Positions 43,194 to 45,514 of a stretch of 45,514 nt of DNA are shown here, one piece after another. Under the pieces are notes generated by a model. The model searched no databases. It was given only the letters and a program-made list of their open reading frames with translations, and was not told the DNA's origin. The position numbers were made by a program, and so were the translations under genes. Origin of the DNA: a virus; the IMG/VR virus record IMGVR_UViG_3300003375_000003, positions 1 through 45,514 of that record; one strand, 5' to 3'. Numbering within the stretch: position 1 is the first letter of the stretch; each line of letters begins with the position of its first letter.

Positions 43194-43425
43194 GTGTGGG
43201 CTTATGTTTTCGCTCACGTCCAGTAAGGTTTTCAGCCGATTGCCTGTTACTTTTATCTTCAATTTTGGTAGATTTTTTGGAGTAAATAATAAACCCCTAC
43301 AATAGCTGTGTGTGGCAGATGTAGGGGTTTGGTTTGGTATGTTCAAAAGCTCATTTCTGTGTCATAATACACATAATACGGTTGCGGACTTATAGCGGGT
43401 ATATTGATAGGGTAAAAAGGTATTT

Positions 43426-43899
43426 TTACGCATGCCCCGTTTTTCTCCTGACCTCACTCTTTTTTACGCCGGATAGCCTTTCTATAACTGCTATAAGCCT
43501 ATCCATTTGATCTACTTGCCTTTCGATTACTGCAAACTGTCTATTATCCATAAGGTCGCCCGTGTTTTTAGAAACGGGTTTTAAATCTATGGATTTTTTA
43601 TCATTCCCAATACGTTGATTATCAGATTTATTTTGATTTAAAAGGTGGTTTTTGATTGATTGTATTAATGTGTGATTTATCGCGTCAAAATTGTAGTCAA
43701 ACTTTTCGCAGAAAGTTTTTATAAAGTCAAGCGACATTGTACTCTTTTTACTCAAATAGCTACTAACAGTACCCTTGTTGTACTGTGTTTTTTTAGAAAT
43801 TTCAGCTACCGGAAACTTCAAATTCATTAAAGCAACCTCCTTTAATAACCAATCTACACGGGCATCTTGGAGTATATCTTCAAATTCTTTCATGGTCAA
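43426..43899 (-). CDS. CI-like repressor (HTH)
   Basis: FPVAEISKKTQYNKGTVSSYLSKK is an XRE-type helix-turn-helix. Divergent from the early operon across an operator-containing intergenic region. Confidence 0.6.
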   Translation of the reverse strand: MTMKEFEDILQDARVDWLLKEVALMNLKFPVAEISKKTQYNKGTVSSYLSKKSTMSLDFIKTFCEKFDYNFDAINHTLIQSIKNHLLNQNKSDNQRIGNDKKSIDLKPVSKNTGDLMDNRQFAVIERQVDQMDRLIAVIERLSGVKKSEVRRKTGHA

Positions 43900-43943
43900 T
43901 AATGCATTAATCCAAAATAAATATCAAAAGTTGGGTAAAATAG

Positions 43944-43974
43944 TTTGGAAGTTTGCAAACTAATTGTATTTTTG
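43944..43974 (+). promoter_or_regulatory. early rightward promoter (PR-like), Bacteroidota type
   Basis: TTTG (43944-43947), a 19-nt spacer, then TATTTTTG (43967-43974). The 12-bp operator palindrome lies in the spacer. Confidence 0.5.
43950..43961. promoter_or_regulatory. operator O1: perfect 12-bp palindrome AGTTTGCAAACT
   Basis: Self-complementary 12-mer between the -33 and -7 boxes. The identical 12-mer recurs at 44277-44288. Confidence 0.6.
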
Positions 43975-43980
43975 TGTTGT

Positions 43981-43990
43981 AATTGCAAAC
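43981..43990. promoter_or_regulatory. operator O2 (degenerate): AATTGCAAAC
   Basis: Shares TTGCAAAC with O1 and is positioned at the predicted transcription start. Confidence 0.4.
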
Positions 43991-44023
43991 ATCGTAACAA
44001 AGTAACAATAAAATTTTATAAAC

Positions 44024-44278
44024 ATGGCAACAGCTAAAAAAACATCAGACAGGGAAGAAAAATTACTTAGTGCCGCATTACAGGAACTCAATGGTTACGC
44101 CAACCGTAACGACATCGTGAAAACCGCAGCAGACCTCGAATTTTCTATTGGTCACGTTGAGCGCATTTTACGGGGTACTATTCACAATATGGACACAGCA
44201 AAAAAGATATATGACCACCTGCGCACACTTACCCTAAAGCGTTCTCAAAACATTCAGCAAAAACTTCAAAGAGCATAG
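44024..44278 (+). CDS. Cro-like/early regulator (putative HTH)
   Basis: 84 aa, first gene of the rightward operon. RNDIVKTAADLEFSIGHVERILRG is HTH-like. Confidence 0.45.
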   Translation: MATAKKTSDREEKLLSAALQELNGYANRNDIVKTAADLEFSIGHVERILRGTIHNMDTAKKIYDHLRTLTLKRSQNIQQKLQRA

Positions 44279-44288
44279 TTTGCAAACT
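44277..44288. promoter_or_regulatory. operator O3: second perfect copy of AGTTTGCAAACT
   Basis: Identical 12-bp palindrome overlapping the stop codon of the Cro-like gene. Confidence 0.55.
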
Positions 44289-44338
44289 TTACAACAAATT
44301 TGAATCCAAACTATTAATTTTTTATAATATTTAACAAA

Positions 44339-44512
44339 ATGACACTTTCAGAAGCACTCACGGCAAAAGCAAACGCAATGGTTGCCGTTGCGATACTTGA
44401 CGCTGAGATAAAAAAACTTCAAGGAAAAGAAAGTAAGCCAAAGCGGGATGTATCAGGAATCGCAGCAAGAGAGAGATCAAAGAGTATGAGAAAGTTTTTA
44501 AAGTCAGCCTAA
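44339..44512 (+). CDS. small hypothetical protein (57 aa)
   Basis: ATG 44339 to TAA 44510-44512 gives MTLSEALTAKANAMVAVAILDAEIKKLQGKESKPKRDVSGIAARERSKSMRKFLKSA. Co-oriented with the operon and preferred over the antisense track ORF 44358..44600. Confidence 0.35.
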   Translation: MTLSEALTAKANAMVAVAILDAEIKKLQGKESKPKRDVSGIAARERSKSMRKFLKSA

Positions 44513-44526
44513 CCAAAAACACAAAA

Positions 44527-44949
44527 ATGAAAAAGACAGCACTAATAACCGACCTCCACAAAATTTTATTCGGTACACTATTAGAAAGTTGCCCCGACAA
44601 TTTCGATGTGCTTGTATCAATGGCTGAAGGATTTATCAGCCATCACGGATTATTCTTTAAGGATAAAGACGAGGTATCAGATAGTTGCTATTGGGGTGAA
44701 GGCGTTGATGTATCGGATTATTTCTTTGACAAGGTTTGCCCCGGTATCGTTCCGAGCGTTACACAATTCGAGTGTGTATGTAACGACTTCTTTGATTTCG
44801 ATATGTGGGAAATGAAACAGCCGGTTATCGCAATTTTTGACGGTCTTTTAGACGCTGTTTCCGCTATCGCCAAGACTTACCACGTTACCGACGTAGCAGA
44901 GCGTAAAGACAACATCACATTAGTAACACCAACTTTTAAAGCAGCATAA
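44527..44949 (+). CDS. hypothetical early protein (140 aa)
   Basis: Clean ORF in the operon orientation. Acidic and Cys-containing. No family recognised. Confidence 0.55.
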   Translation: MKKTALITDLHKILFGTLLESCPDNFDVLVSMAEGFISHHGLFFKDKDEVSDSCYWGEGVDVSDYFFDKVCPGIVPSVTQFECVCNDFFDFDMWEMKQPVIAIFDGLLDAVSAIAKTYHVTDVAERKDNITLVTPTFKAA

Positions 44950-44959
44950 ACAACCAACC

Positions 44960-45244
44960 ATGAGAGTAACTCCCGAAAATTATCGCAAAGACATGGGTAC
45001 ATTCTACGAAGCTAATATTTCGTCAATAGATGAATTGCAATCGTTTGACGACAGCCGTTTTCTTAACGTAGATAAATTACACCACATCGAGGTTTTGAAA
45101 TACGACCACCGCCAATGTTTCACAGACCGCGACGAGGCGTTAGAAAATATGAAACAGCAATTGAGCCAATTTATTAAAACTGTATCTAAAAAATACTTTC
45201 CTGACAGACCGATTGAATTAATAAGCAAATCAATAGCCGCCTAA
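44960..45244 (+). CDS. hypothetical early protein (94 aa)
   Basis: Clean ORF in the operon orientation. Confidence 0.55.
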   Translation: MRVTPENYRKDMGTFYEANISSIDELQSFDDSRFLNVDKLHHIEVLKYDHRQCFTDRDEALENMKQQLSQFIKTVSKKYFPDRPIELISKSIAA

Positions 45245-45267
45245 CATTTTAAACCAATCTGAACGAC

Positions 45268-45514
45268 ATGAAAATAGTAAACAAAACTCTCGTCTCCGTT
45301 GACACATCCGACCTAAAAGACGGGGTGTTTTTCAACAAAACAATTATCGAAATATCCGATTCGTGTTTTTACAACATGCGTGATTTGGTAGAAATCAATT
45401 GTCCGAAAGTTAAAAAAATCGGCAATGATGCCCTTAGCTCTTGCGGTGCGCTCGTAACGGTCAACCTGCCTGTATGTACTACCATCGGCAATGATGCCCT
45501 TCGCTCTTGCGGTG
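45268..45514 (+). CDS. BspA-type LRR protein, 5' part (continues at nt 1 of the window)
   Basis: ATG 45268 gives MKIVNKTLVSVDTSDLKDGVFFNKTIIEISDSCFYNMRDLVEINCPKVKKIGNDALSSCGALVTVNLPVCTTIGNDALRSCG. The frame is open to the window end, and the last 38 nt equal nt 1-38. Confidence 0.75.
   Translation, partial: MKIVNKTLVSVDTSDLKDGVFFNKTIIEISDSCFYNMRDLVEINCPKVKKIGNDALSSCGALVTVNLPVCTTIGNDALRSCG
45418..45514. repeat. first 1.6 units of the 66-bp tandem array that continues at nt 1
   Basis: Region 45418-45476 matches the repeat unit (Ser-Ser-Cys-Gly variant). Region 45477-45514 duplicates nt 1-38. Confidence 0.9.

Noticed and set aside
43041-43346. Track ORFs 43041..43346 (-) and 43117..43305 (+)
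   Set aside because: Both run through the tRNA-Gly 3' fragment (attP core). Their translations look non-protein-like, and the region is better explained as the attachment site.
1-45514. Integrated prophage with host flanks and attL/attR
   Set aside because: The att core occurs only once. Both window ends fall inside the same phage ORF and overlap by 38 nt. No recognisably bacterial housekeeping gene is present.

Overview
The window appears to be one complete genome (unit about 45,476 bp) of a temperate, siphovirus-like phage of a Bacteroidota-type host. The last 38 nt (45477-45514) are identical to nt 1-38, and one ORF (45268..790) reads in frame across that junction, so there is no host flank. 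All function calls rest on motifs read by eye; no database search was run. Host type is inferred from TTTG(-33)/TAnnTTTG(-7) promoter boxes, Sec signal peptides cleaved before Gln, and a tRNA-Gly attP.

Layout:
- Lysogeny module: tyrosine integrase (41864-43060, -), an attP made of the 3' half of tRNA-Gly(CCC) (43151-43193), a CI-like repressor (43426-43899, -) and a divergent Cro-like gene, with 12-bp palindromic operators between them.
- Early + strand operon (44024 through the junction to 14330): BspA-type LRR protein, Rad52-like annealase, YqaJ exonuclease, SSB-tail protein, two DNA methyltransferases, PAPS-reductase-like protein, DUF1376 initiator, DnaB, MazG-like protein, DUF1064 nuclease, DnaA domain IV-like protein, ASCH protein.
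- A tRNA-like relic and a terminator at about 14.43-14.53 kb.
- Late - strand operon (41296 down to 14536): TerS, TerL, portal, scaffold, capsid, tail, tape measure, fibres, lysis.

Most notable finding: two single-gene cassettes, a small DPPY methyltransferase (5935-6491) and a PAPS-reductase-like gene (7393-8387). Each is bounded by the same 24-bp terminal inverted repeat and a perfect 8-bp target-site duplication, and neither encodes a transposase. They look like mobile insertion cassettes that move DNA-modification cargo between phage genomes.

Other items:
- An IS1595-family transposase relic inside the head module.
- Four late-operon proteins with Sec signal peptides.
- A reverse-oriented lipoprotein module inside the tail genes.
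- A 567-bp ORF-free region upstream of terS.
- A near-identical 66-bp coding tandem array in the LRR gene.
- Several repeated regulatory motifs.
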